From Eledone cirrhosa (taxonomy: Eukaryota): a stretch of 64,000 nt of DNA. The translations under genes and the position numbers were made by a program. Below are positions 1-12,811 of the stretch, piece after piece; position 1 is the first letter of the stretch, and every line of letters begins with the position of its first letter. The notes under the pieces were generated by a model. The model did no database searches. It had not been told where the DNA came from and saw nothing but the letters and a program-made list of their open reading frames with translations. The stretch covers positions 94,178,001-94,242,000 of the forward strand of contig OZ024745.1 of assembly GCA_964016885.1 (NCBI GenBank). Reading direction: 5' to 3'.

Positions 1-152
1 GGACAGCAATAATAGACCAAACCTATAGTGTAGTTTAGCCATAGGACAGCAAGGATAACCAAACCTATAGTGTAGTTTAGGCCTAGGACAGCAAAGGTAA
101 TCAAACCTATAGTGTAGTTTAGCCCTAGGACAGCAATGTTAGAGTAAACCTA
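1..152. repeat. End of a ~42-43 bp tandem repeat (about 3.5 units visible, truncated by window edge)
   Basis: Unit ggacagcaa..aaacctatagtgtagtttagcc(c/a)ta recurs at about 1, 44, 86 and 128. Confidence 0.9.
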
Positions 153-456
153 TGCTCAATGGTATATGAAGATTGTGGTAATGGTGGCTTTGGTAATGAT
201 TGTGTGGTGGTGTTATTGTGGTAGTGGTGGTAACGATGGTGGTAGTGTAATGATGGGCTTGATAGTCACTTTTGATCAAAGTGATGTTCAACTATGACTA
301 CAGATTCACAGGGAAGTCAATGAAATGTGATAAAGACCAGGAAAGTGAAGTGATTTGGAAAGGAATAAGAAGTGATATCATTTTTGTTGTTATATTATAG
401 TAGTAGTAGTATTAGTAGTAGTAGTAGTAGTAGTAGATGTTGTGTTTGAGGTGGTG

Positions 457-492
<36 letters not shown>

Positions 493-922
493 ACAGATGA
501 TGATGATGATGTAGCTGCTGATAAACTGTTTTCTGATATCTATTTTTATTTATGTAATCACTTTGAGTAATGTAATCGCCTTATATACAAAAAAACCCCA
601 CATTTATGATTTTAAATTTACATTAATAAACTAATGGAAATATCATCATATAGAGTTATTTTTTACATTAAGTAGAATTTAAATATTAAAGTCAGGAATT
701 ATTGCATAATTTAACAATATCACACTATGATATTTATACCTAGGGTGCTGAGTTGGCAGGAATTGTTGAGGATTAGTGTTTAGTTCCTACCCTTTGTTAA
801 AGTTCAAATTCTACTGGCAGGGAGGGTGAGGAGGTCCGTTATATTTACGAAGCTCATCACTAATGAACTAACGTCATTTTAATCTATTTGACATCTCCAT
901 TTACAAATATAATTATCTGGCA

Positions 923-1104
923 TTTGGCAGTACCAGTAGAGGGTCGGACGCCATGCTTTGACGCATAGAGTTACGGCCCTTGCCATTCTGAGTTCAAATC
1001 CCGCCGAGGTTAACTTTGCCTTTCATCCTTTCGGGGTCGATAAAATAAAGTACCAGTAATACACTGGGTTAATTGCTGGCCTTGTGCCAAAAGTAGAAAC
1101 AATT
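923..1104 (+). mobile_element. tRNA-derived SINE (major family of this window)
   Basis: B-box-like GAGTTCAAATCCC, central GCCTTTCATCCTTTCGGGGTCGATAAAATAAAGTACCAG, 3' tail GGCCTTGTGCCAAAAGTAGAAACAATT; many near-identical copies in the window. Confidence 0.9.
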
Positions 1105-1299
1105 AATGAACGAAATATGAATTCAGCTTAGTATACCAACACACAGATTTCAATTATCCTTAGGCCAGAGAGGGCGAAACTTTTAGCACGGCGTATCGAA
1201 ATTTTAATTTAATTTTAATTGAAAATGAAGGCAAAATTTTAAAGCATTGTGATAATATTAAATTTCGAAATAACTTGAAAGCGCAGACGATGTGTAAGA

Positions 1300-1634
1300 T
1301 GGTAACATGCATAATGTTTTTATTCAACATTTTCAGGAAAGTTTGAATAAAAAACATTTTTTGTTTCCCCATACTCATTATCTGGTATTTTAAGTGATTT
1401 ATAAATTTATTATCACAATATTTTATAAAATTACCCCCAAATTCAGTTTAAATATCCAAATGACATCTTAACCAAGTGAACAAAAGTATGTTATAAGTAT
1501 TATTTCTTTCCCAAGCATCGTCTCTTCTCTCTCTCTCACATTCTATCTTCCGGTGAACATATGGATAGCTTTTGGATTAATTAATTATTGTGGTGCAAAC
1601 GTCACAAAATCACACATACATATATACATACATA

Positions 1635-1681
<47 letters not shown>

Positions 1682-2360
1682 TTTTGTGACATTTGTTCCA
1701 AAATAATTAATTAATCCAAGTGTATGCCATATTAAGCGCTCCACGCTGGTTGTCAGTTCCATAGACGGTATAGGTCTTATAGGCTAGTATTTGACAAAGT
1801 ATTGATACATGAATTAATATCCAGACAGAATGTTGTAACTGTGATATCAACCATTGAGATAATATTGCCTTTTCCTTGCGGCATAAGTAATTCTAATTCA
1901 ATATAACGTAACACTAACTTAACATTTATACGACGTGTGTGTATATATGTGTTAAATGTGTCCAGGCATCTTTCCCAAATGTACCAATACCTTAATCTCA
2001 TTTACTTTTTCATTTAGTTTGCCAGTTATCGTAATTAAAATCAGACACTTCGAAACAAAATGAGTTATCTATAAGAAAAGCATTATGATCAGCCTTAATT
2101 TGAAGAGGAATTGAAGTTCTAAAATATCATTAAAATCTTTTATTTTTTAAAAGTGATTCATCTTAATCGAAGTATATATTGCTTCTTACGTTAGCCCAAT
2201 TATTTTTTTCAATTAGAAAAAAAATCTGCTTATAATTTTATATCTAGCCATAATTAAAGTAAGATCCGGAGGGACTTATCAGGTGTTACACTTGTTCAAT
2301 TTGTTGGGGTTTGTGTTCTTTGTTGTTTTGAAAGCAATGAGGATGATCTGAGTGAAAAAT
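1300..2360 (-). pseudogene. Decayed caspase-like (peptidase C14A) gene relic
   Basis: Minus-strand motifs in caspase order: AFLIDNSF..FEV (~2085-2045), LMPQGKGNIISMVD (1887-1846; MSHG-like) and GKQKMFFIQTF (1369-1337; GKPKxFFIQAC-like). Each differing motif codon is one base from the canonical residue. Stops, frameshifts and an insertion are present. Confidence 0.5.
1572..1719. repeat. 39-bp inverted repeat flanking a (CA)/(TA)n microsatellite
   Basis: ttggattaattaattattgtggtgcaaacgtcacaaaat (1572-1610) versus the reverse complement of 1681-1719; about 4 mismatches. Confidence 0.85.
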
Positions 2361-2535
2361 AAGTGTTGAATTTTAAATAATACATAATTTATAATGCCAA
2401 CACTCACATGTACACACAGACATATATAAAATACATATATATATATCTAGACATAAAAATGTACACACAAATATATATAATACATATATCTAGTTATAAA
2501 AATAGAAACACACAAGTATATATAGAATACATACA

Positions 2536-2707
2536 CAGTAATTCTTCGTTTATCGCGAGGGATACGTTCCAGAAATGGAAGCTTCTGGACCCGATTCCAG
2601 AATCGATCTGCTAATATGACTAGTGATGCAACAAAAAACAAAATGCTCATATTGGTACCCCCACCAGTACTTCACTGAAACACCTAGCGCGCGCGCGCAC
2701 ACACGCA

Positions 2708-2779
<72 letters not shown>

Positions 2780-3692
2780 CATATATATATGGAAGGTAGA
2801 AAAGTAACACACAAGTTGATATACATAAACAAATATTAAAAAGGAAAAAAATAATATTCAGTAGAAAATACTGGAGAGATTTTTTCAGTATATTATCAAA
2901 ACATTTATTTATAAAGTGGGGAATTCCGCATTTAATAATGGTACCGGTTTCAGCATTATATGCTTTTTCAACTACGGATGTGCATAATGCAGTTAAGTTA
3001 CATATTTATACAAATAATAAAAAGGGGAAGAAAAATTATTAGTTTTTACATACATATTTAGAAAGGAGAGTTCATATCTCTGTCAGTGGTTGTCCTTCGT
3101 TCTTTGTTAGTTGGCTAACAGTAGTAGTTTTAATTTTCTTTGGTTCTGACTGCTTCTTTTCAAATTTTAAGCCTTAAAATACTTCTTTTACACGCTTTAA
3201 GTAGATTTAAACACATTAAAACACACTTTTGTATTTAGACACCAAAAACAGCCAGTAACGATCGTATAGAAAATACCACCAACGATCGTACCACTAGTTA
3301 CCAATGAGGACCATTACCAGCCACTGTAGCCACTTGGCAATACACTGCACATCTCCCGCCAATCTATTGTTGTAGATTAGAGAAAAACACAATCAGTAAG
3401 ACAGTAATGGAATGAAAAAAAAAAATCATTTTTTTATAGTCAAAGCCTTAAGATACCCCTCTCCTTACGCTATACACTTCAATAACATCGAAACTTATTT
3501 AATAAGTTTAAAATTTAAACACTTTTTATTCAGACGTACGTACCGCGATAAGAAAATAGATATGTTCTAACGAAAAATCCGCGATGAAGCGAGGATTACC
3601 GCGATAGGAAATTAAATGCGTTCCAAAAAAAAAAAAATTCGCTATGTAGCGGGACCGCGAAAAGTGAACCGCGATATAGCGGGGAATTACTG
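2536..3692. mobile_element. Non-autonomous Tigger/pogo-like (Tc1/mariner superfamily) element with nested inserts
   Basis: Imperfect TIRs CAGTAATTCTTCGTTTATCGCG (2536) and CAGTAATTCCCCGCTATATCGCG (reverse complement, ending 3692), followed by TA; it interrupts an AT-rich repeat that continues on both sides. Confidence 0.65.
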
Positions 3693-3852
3693 TATATCTA
3701 GTCATAAAAATAGAGACACACAAATACATAGAATACAAATATATCTAGATATAAAAATACACACGCAGACATATATAGAATACATATATATCTAGACATA
3801 AAAATACACACATACATATATATATATAAAATAAAATAAATAAGTCAAATAT

Positions 3853-4037
3853 TTAAAATTTAGCTTCGTTTATTACTGTTCTATATATTTCGGTGACAGC
3901 CATCTTTGGCTGTGACATCTTCAGGCAGTCCGAATTGGTGTGGTAGAGACGGGTACACATGTTGTTGAGGTGTTTAACTCCGTCAATACTCAGATATGCC
4001 CAGTTCCTGGTTGGGTTGTTATTTCTCTGAGGAACTG

Positions 4038-4040
<3 letters not shown>
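3853..4040 (-). mobile_element. Short PLE-tail-like element in (TA)n with hammerhead-like motif
   Basis: Minus strand CTGAAGA-tgtcacagcc aaagat ggctgtcacc-GAAA-tatata followed by AATAAA; homologous to 17075-17290 (+). Confidence 0.6.
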
Positions 4041-4102
<62 letters not shown>

Positions 4103-4256
4103 CACATTGTTTTGTGTTTAAATATTTGTCTTTAAAGTTATCGGAAGATATGTTTGTAAGTTCAAAACAATCGTCTTATTATAAGAATAAATATGTACTC
4201 TACATTTTGAATTGAATTTAGTACTCCATTGAATAGCGGCTTTTTTCCTCATTCTA

Positions 4257-4304
<48 letters not shown>

Positions 4305-4641
4305 AAGTGACAATAAGAATTTCAGCTTTTTGTAAACTTTATTTGATATTACAATTGTTTCTGTATCGATCAGCTTGAGTTTGATCATGCAATCAGATTC
4401 CAACTCTTAATCGATACTTCTTCAGATATGAGAGTTTGCATCCGTCGTTTGCTTTGTTATTTTTGTTTGCCTTTTGTATATATATATATACACACACACA
4501 CGTTATGTTTTATTTTTGTCATTGATAAATTTTAATTACGACTTTAGGCTTCCTTAAATTTTTAACGTTTTCCCAACAATATTTGAATGGTATTGTTTGT
4601 TTTCCGTTCTTTTCTACCACTGGAATTATTGAACATGTAAC

Positions 4642-4692
<51 letters not shown>

Positions 4693-4694
<2 letters not shown>

Positions 4695-5611
4695 AGGTGT
4701 GTCAGAAAAGTTCCAGGACTGATGTCACAAAAGATTTATTTCAAACCCAAACTTCACACTAAGAGTTTTTTCTCCTTCAAAGTAATCCCCATGGAGTCTA
4801 ATGCACTTTTCCATCCTTTTCTGCCACGCTTGCATGCACTCCTGGAAGGATTCTTCCGTGATCCTCTGCAGTTCCGTCGTCACGACCTTTTTGATGTACT
4901 CCACGTCTTCAAAACGGGTCCCCTCCGGGTCGTACTCGAAGATCCATGACTCATTACCGGTGATGACTGTCCCTAGCAAGTCTGGTTCGGTTTCAAGACG
5001 CTCGAGGATGTCCTGGCACACTTGCATGCGTCGACCCTTCTGGTCATCGTTCAGCAGTTTTGGCACCACCTTCGCGCAGACTTTCCGCATGTCCAAATCT
5101 TTAGTGAGAATCTTCAAGACGCTGTCCCGATTCATGCCCAGCTCATTTGCCATCAGTCGAACAGTCAGCCGACGATCGCTACGTACTATCTGCCTGACGC
5201 GCTCAACGTTGACCTCAGTCCTGGTTGTTGGGGGCCTTCCGCTCCTGGCATCATCTTCCACGTCCTCGCGTCCTTCTTTAAACCACTTGCATCACTCAAA
5301 AACACGTGAGCGTGACATCGTCTCATCTCCATACACTTGCTGCAGCAATCCCAGTGCTTTTGACGGAGATTTCCCCAACCGTACCAGAAACTTCAAGGTT
5401 GTTCGTTGCTCTGTGCTAATTGCTTGACGACCTGAAACAGAGAACATGTATATAAAATTATGAATAAAAAAGTTTGATCGCTGCAGAGAGATAAGATTAC
5501 AGTTACATACTCCAGGGAGATTACTTTGAAGGAGAACACTCTTAGTGTGAAGTTTGGGTTTGAAATAAATCTTTTGTGACATCAGTCCTGGAACTTTTCT
5601 GACAGACCTCG
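4693..5611 (-). mobile_element. Internally deleted mariner element with long TIRs
   Basis: TA flanks; inverted termini of ~73 bp nearly identical and similar to ~100 bp; transposase N-terminus (QQVYGDETMSRSRVFE*..EDDARSGRP..KVVPKLL), TGNESWIFEYDPE joined directly to the C-terminus (..GDYFEG), so the catalytic core is deleted. Confidence 0.95.
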
Positions 5612-5769
5612 TATATCGAGATACTAGGAAATGTGTTTCAATATATGCTTAATTGAGGATGTCTCCTAGGATGGATACATGTCTGAAATTGTTTCCCGTA
5701 ATTGCTGAAACGATTAAAATAATATAAGTCATTAAACTAATATTGCCTTTCTCTCATAATATAAATTAA

Positions 5770-8700
5770 TAGTTTTAGTTAGATATTTAATACAATTTAA
5801 ATTAAATAGGTTAACATTAACTTAAATTTTATAAGATGATGATGACATCAGTGTATATATGTATGTGCTGATATCTTTCCCAAATGTATGCTCGCATACC
5901 AATGCCTTAATCTCATTTACTTACTCATATAGTTTACCGGTTATCGTAATTGAAAATCGTTCACTTCGAAGTCAAATGAGTTATCTATAAGAGAAACATT
6001 AACACCAGAGTTTAATTTAAAGGAGACACGAAATTCTAAAATATCATTAAAATTATCAATTCTTTCACATTGATTCATGTCGTTATAAATATAGTAACTT
6101 ATGTTAGTACAGGTGTTATAAATATAGTAACTTACGTTAGTACAGTTGTTATAAATATAGTAACTTACGTTAGTACAATTGTTATAAATATAGTAACTTA
6201 CGCTAGTACAGTTGTTATAAATATAGTAACTTATGTTAGTACAGTTGTTATAAATATAGTAACTTACGTTAGTACAGTTGTTAGAAATACAGTAACTTAC
6301 GTTAGTACAGTTGTTATAAATATAGTAACTTATGTTAGTACAGTTGTTATAAATATAGTAACTTATGTTAGTACAGTTGTTATAAATATAGTAACTTATG
6401 TTAGTACAGTTGTTATAAATATAGTAACTTATGTTAGTACAGTTGTTATAAATATAGTAACTTACGTTAGTACAGTTGTTATAGATATAGTAACTTACGT
6501 TAGTACAGTTGTTATAAATATAGTAACTTATGTTAGTACAGTTGTTATAAATATAGTAACTTACGTTAGTACAGCTGTTAGAAATATAGTAACTTATGTT
6601 AGTACAGGTGTTAGAAATATAGTAACTTACGTTAGTACAGTTGTTAGAAATATAGTAACTTATGTTAGTACAGTTGTTATAAATATAGTAACTTACGTTA
6701 GTAGAGGTGTTAGAAATATAGTAACTTATGTTAGTACAGCTGTTAGAAATATAGTAACTTACGTTAGTACAGCTGTTAGACATATAGTAACTTCTTACGT
6801 TAGTACAGTTGTTAGAAATATAGTAACGTATGTTAGTACAGCTGTTATAAATATAGTAACTTACGTTAGTACAGTTGTTATAAATATAGTAACTTATGTT
6901 AGTACAGTTGTTAGAAATATAGTAACTTACGTTAGTACAGTTGTTAGAAATATAGTAACTTACGTTAGTACAGTTGTTAGAAATATAGTAACTTACGTCA
7001 GTACAGTTGTTATAAATATAGTAACTTACGTTAGTACAGTTGTTATAAATATAGTAACTTACGTTAGTACAGTTGTTATAAATATAGTAACTTACGTTAG
7101 TACAGTTGTTATAAATATAGTAACTTACGTTAGTACAGTTGTTATAAATATAGTAACTTACGTTAGTACAGTTGTTATAAATATAGTAACTTATGTTAGT
7201 ACAGTTGTTAGAAATATAGTACCTTATGTTAGTACAGTTGTTATAAATATAGTAACTTACGTTAGTACAGTTGTTATAAATATAGTAACTTACGTTAGTA
7301 CAGTTGTTAGAAATATAGTAACTTATGTTAGTACAGTTGTTAGAAATATAGTAACTTACGTTAGTACAGTTGTTATAAATATAGTAACTTATGTTAGTAC
7401 AGTTGTTAGAAATATAGTACCTTATGTTAGTACAGTTGTTATAAATATAGTAACTTACGTTAGTACAGTTGTTATAAATATAGTAACTTATGTTAGTACA
7501 GCTGTTATAAATATAGTAACTTACGTTAGTACAGTTGTTATAAATATAGTAACTTATGTTAGTACAGTTGTTGTAAATATAGTAACTTACGTTAGTACAG
7601 CTGTTAGAAATATAGTAACTTATGTTAGTACAGTTGTTATAAATATAGTAACTTACGTTAGTACAGTTGTTATAAATATAGTAACTTATGTTAGTACAGT
7701 TGTTAGAAATATAGTACCTTATGTTAGTACAGTTGTTATAAATATAGTAACTTACGTTAGTACAGTTGTTATAAATATAGTAACTTATGTTAGTACAGCT
7801 GCTATAAATATAGTAACTTATGTTAGTACAGCTGTTATAAATATAGTAACTTACGTTAGTACAGTTGTTATAAATATAGTAACTTATGTTAGTACAGTTG
7901 TTATAAATATAGTAACTTACGTTAGTACAGCTGTTAGAAATATAGTAACTTATGTTAGTACAGTTGTTATAAATATAGTAACTTACGTTATTACAGCTGT
8001 TAGAAATATAGTAACTTACGTTAGTACAGTTGTTATAAATATAGTAACTTATGTTAGTACAGCTGTTATAAATATAGTAACTTACGTTAGTACAGCTGTT
8101 AGAAATATAGTAACTTATGTTAGTACAGTTGTTATAAATATAGTAACTTACGTTAGTACAGTTGTTGTAAATATAGTAACTTACGTTAGTACAGTTGTTA
8201 TAAATATAGTACCTTACGTTAGTACGGTTGTTAGAAATATAGTAACTTACGTTAGTACAGTTGTTATAAATATAGTAACTTACGTTAGTAGAGGTGTTAG
8301 AAATATAGTAACTTACGTTAGTACAGCTGTTAGCAATATAGTAACTTATGTTAGTACAGTTGTTATAAATATAGTAACTTATGTTAGTACAGTTGTTATA
8401 AATATAGTAACTTATGTTAGTACAGTTGTTATAAATATAGTAACTTACGTTAGTAGAGGTGTTAGAAATATAGTAACTTACGTTAGTACAGCTGTTAGCA
8501 ATATAGTAACTTATGTTAGTACAGCTGTTAGCAATATAGTAACTTCTTACGTTAGTACAGTTGTTAAAAATATAATTTCTTATGTTAGTACAGGTGTTAG
8601 AAATATAGTAACTTATGTTAGTACAGGTGTTAGAAATATAATTTCTTATGTTAGTACAGTTATTGTCACAATCATGTGATACATGGTTTTCAAATGTCTT

Positions 8701-9240
8701 TGGTTTTTTATTAATCCACACAGAAACCTATTCCTCATATGTTTTGTAAGTGGAGATCCAGCCGTGTGGTGGAAGTGGGTTCAACAGACGTTACCCCTTG
8801 TTCATGTTGTTGTTTACCCCTTAGTCTGCCTTCATTCATTAGACCTAATTAAAACCTTTTCAGATACATCAAAACCATAATTCTGTCTGACATGGCATAG
8901 CTAATAATTCATTATCCTCTATTATATCATTAGATATCTTCATTATTAAGACGTGATTAAAACGTGATTTAATGGAACTTTTTCTGATATTTCTATTAGG
9001 TCAAGCTAATGGTAAATCAATAATCTTCCGTGACTTTTTTCATTTTTAGATATTTAAAAAAAAAAAAATTCCAGAACATTATTTCATTAACACTTAATAA
9101 TTTCTTTCATGAAATTTTCCTAATTTTTTTTTCAGTAAATTCTTTTGTATCAAATATTGTTGGTTTAGGAAAAATTTATATGTTATCAAATATCTTAAAA
9201 GCAAACGATTTTATCTTCCTGGTCCTTTCAGAATTATAAC
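5770..9240 (-). pseudogene. Caspase-like relic paralogous to 1300-2360, interrupted by the 33-bp array
   Basis: 5873-6078 aligns by eye with 1968-2161; it reads VSLIDNSFDFEVNDF, then after a frameshift VNEIKALVCEHTFGKDISTYIYTLMSS. Boundaries are uncertain. Confidence 0.4.
6079..8660. repeat. 33-bp minisatellite, ~78 units
   Basis: Consensus gttgttataaatatagtaacttaYgttagtaca; stop-free on both strands (VVINIVTYVST / NNCTNISYYIY); two 36-bp variants (+ctt) near 6790 and 8545. Confidence 0.98.
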
Positions 9241-9437
9241 CACGATTCACAGTCAGTTAGGGAACTGCATTTCCACACACACACACACATACATACACAC
9301 ACACACACGCACACACACGCACACACGCACACATCAACTAATCTGTGGTAGGGCCAATAACGCTGTTAGAACTCTATGATTTGCAAAGATATCAGGCGAT
9401 GAAAATTCTTGTTTTTGTGGTAGGCTTCCATTATATT

Positions 9438-9626
9438 GCGGTGGATTGGCAGTATCGGTAAAGGGTCGGACGCCATGCTTTGACGCATAGAGTTACGGCC
9501 CTTGACATTCTGAGTTCAAAACCCGCCGAGGTTAACTTTGCCTTTCATCTTTATGGGGTCGATAAAATAAAGTACCAGTAATACACTGGGTATTTGCTGG
9601 CCTTGTGCCAAAAGTAGAAACAATTA
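9438..9626 (+). mobile_element. tRNA-derived SINE, near full length
   Basis: Same head, core and tail as 923-1104. Confidence 0.9.
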
Positions 9627-9740
9627 TATTGGATTTCGTTAAGAATTCAAACGAGCTAGAGTGTCATATATAAATATGTTGAACAATGAAAAAAAAAAGC
9701 CCAAGCTAAGTGCTTAATTAGTTCATTAATATACGATCGA

Positions 9741-9782
<42 letters not shown>

Positions 9783-9820
9783 GAATGTATATATATATAT
9801 ATATATTTATATATATACGA

Positions 9821-9863
<43 letters not shown>

Positions 9864-9900
9864 CGAATGTTTATATATATATATATTTATATATAGACGA

Positions 9901-9940
<40 letters not shown>

Positions 9941-10020
9941 TACCAAAATTAGATTAAAGATGCCATGTATGAGAATATCAGAAACATGCGCATTCACCTG
10001 CGGAATATATATATATATAT

Positions 10021-10218
10021 AGGAAAAGAGTCAGGACCTCGACGGCTGAGCTCCGGCTGTTTCGACAGCTAGATCTGAACCGGATCTAGCTATCGAAACG
10101 GCCGGATCTCAGCCGTCGGAGTCATGACTCTTTTCCTATTACCCACTCTACTACCCTAAGTATTGAGTACCCTGGTTCGTTATAGCCCACCTGGTATCTT
10201 ACCACACCCTCTTTGTTT
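10021..10218. repeat. ~118-bp hairpin plus arm; family shared with 13361-13532
   Basis: aggaaaagagtca..cgacggctgag..agctagatc | gatctagct..ctcagccgtcg..tgactcttttcct is self-complementary; 10138-10218 matches the reverse complement of 13361-13440. Confidence 0.85.
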
Positions 10219-10235
10219 TCTCTCTCTCCCTCTCC

Positions 10236-10294
<59 letters not shown>

Positions 10295-10298
10295 GATA

Positions 10299-12811
10299 CT
10301 AGCAGAAGTATCCGGCGTTGCCCGGGTGTAAGTCGACCTTTGGTCTGTTAGAATGTGTGAAAGTTACTTCCCGCGCATCACAGGTTCAAAACTTCGAACT
10401 TCAATGGAAAAAAATAGGTTAGTAGACACAGGTGTGTAATTTATTAATTGTAGTTACACAGTGTATCGTTGAAATTGTTCTCTGCACGACTGACGGAAGT
10501 CAAAATCGCTTGATATTGAATGTTCAGTTAATTTAAAGCAGGGTGAAAATGTCGATTACTTTCAGGGTTTTTTTTTTTCTACAATTTTTGCGCTCACATG
10601 TGCAGAAGAAGAATTAAAAGGGCCTTTATCTTAACCGCGGCATAATGGCGAGTCTTTTGTGACAGTTTTCAAGAATATAGGACGTTCCTGTAAAAAGTTT
10701 TCCCATGTGTAACTTTGCCTTGTTTTTTTGCGCAAAGTCGAGCCCCGCTTCAGTTTTATTGATTTTTTACATCAATGCGTGATCTCTGAAGTAGATTTGA
10801 GTAGCTAAAAACCTGTCCCGGTAAATTTGCTATAGGTGAAAAAAAGTTGATCAAAATTGTATCTAGGGTTATTGCCCTTTGCCACAGCCTCAAGCCTCGT
10901 CTGACGGGATGCTGGTGATTCCTCCGTCAGCGCTTGTTGGCGACGAAGGCGAACATAAGCCTTGTCGTACGTGATGTTGGTGACTCAACCAGCCGGGAAA
11001 GACGTCTATCAGCGAGTCGAGATTCGCGCTCAGCAGGTGTTTCCTAGAGAAAATTAATTAATTCTACTGGTTAGCTAAGCCAATGGCAGTGTCAATAGTA
11101 AATGAGAAAAGTCTAACATGAACAAAAGGGAATCAAGGTAAGACAATAAATTTAATATAACTACGATTAGAATGTTGTAGTTGCTTAAAAGTGGTGACAG
11201 TTAGGATAAACGCAGTACTTGCTAACATTAAGGGAGAATATTGCATAAAGGATTAATCAATTGTGAATGAACTCATACCTGAGAACGCCTAATTCGTTGT
11301 CTCAAAGCAATAGCTGTACCCTTTTTGGAGGTACGTCTTGAACGTTTCCGTGTGGGCATAACGACGTGTAACGAAGCTGTTAGGTTAGAGAGAGGTGATT
11401 AAATACAGAGAGAGATGACACCAGATTCGTTAGCATGGTTACTGGTGAATGGGAAGGTTTGGAAATATGATTACAAAAACTTACTGAATTTTCCCGTCTA
11501 TAAATTGCACTTAAAATAATTAAATTTAATAAAAAAAACAGCTCTGCGCTTGATACTCCGGTGAGCCTTATGTATAAATAATACAATGGTAATCAATCAC
11601 GGCTCTAACAGAAGTAATAGATCTAGACTAAAAGTAAAGAAGATAGCCTTTTCTGGTTGGCCTTACACGCCTTTGCGCGGACCGGATTTTAAATGATACG
11701 CCTTATATCCTGGTGAGCCTTATATAGCGGAAAATATCTATTGGAAAAGAATACGAATTCATGACCAAGGTGTGACAAAATAGGCGTCTATACAGCGCCT
11801 GAAACAAACTTGTCCAAAACCCTAGGATTTTTCTCGTTAAGTATCCACCCAAAAGGAACCGTTTTTTAGTTACAAAAAATAACCAAAGTGTATAGTAGCT
11901 ATATTTCTGACATATCATGCCAAAAAGAACAATATATTCAAAAAATGTTCTAAAGTACATTCAATCTCTCTTTTTGACCGATATCTTAATAAGCAAGTTA
12001 TCGATTTTTTATTGGCTGTCAGTGTCTATCTGCATGCAGGTGTGCACGTGTGCGCAATTAATTGCAAATACGCTCATAACATTTAGTCGTAAGCAGAACA
12101 AAAAATGCCATTAGAGGTGGGCTAATAATGAAGACACAAACCCTGGTGAACTTACGTTTAAACACCCGAAAAGTTACTCACTTCCTGTGCAAAAGACTGT
12201 ATTATAAATTAAGTAATTTTTTAGAATCTTTTGTTTAAAAAAGGAAAATATTGGTACGACGTAAATTCTTTTACTTGTATTGTATGTGTACAACACAACT
12301 TGGTCAACGTATTATTTAGTAATTTCTTTTTCAAAAAGCATGATTATTTAAGACTGTTTGAAAATTTACTCACAGCTTTTAGGTTCACAAAAGACACCAT
12401 TAAATTTGGTTCCCTTTTCAGATAGGGATAATACTGTATTTCCACTTGAATAAGGTGGAATATGAAAAGAAACTCTTTAATGGTCGGTCGTTTACTGAGA
12501 CAGCTGGGAAGACATGCAGCTGGCCGTCCAATCAATAATGCACGTCCTTATATGGGCATATGAAATTTATTTTTATTGCGCCAGATATAAACTAAGAGTT
12601 CTTGTGTTCGAATTCACATAAAATTTCATTGGAATCGAAAAACATTCTGTCATAGGGTCCGATTATCGATTTTTCGAAAATTTCAAGTAGCCTATTCCAC
12701 TCTACGCGTTGAGTTTTATATATGTGTGAGGTTTCATGAAAATTGGATGAACGGTGTAGCAGGCAAGTTCGGTAAACTAAACAATGTCCATCTTCCCTTT
12801 ATATATATAGA
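10299..12811 (-). mobile_element. Non-autonomous Helitron
   Basis: Minus strand starts TCTATATATATAAAGGG after A and ends CCGGGCAACGCCGG-atacttctg-CTAG before T (5' TC, subterminal hairpin, 3' CTAG, A|T target); no Rep/Hel ORF. Confidence 0.75.

Noticed and set aside
923-1104. tRNA genes at SINE heads
   Set aside because: Only A/B-box-like motifs are present, with no cloverleaf, and they are always attached to the SINE body.
6079-8660. CRISPR-like array (also considered for the 41-bp and 54-bp arrays)
   Set aside because: Units are contiguous with no unique spacers, there are no cas genes, and the context is eukaryotic.
6070-8679. 869-aa plus-strand ORF as a real gene
   Set aside because: It is almost entirely repeat translation with no coding-like flanks in that frame.
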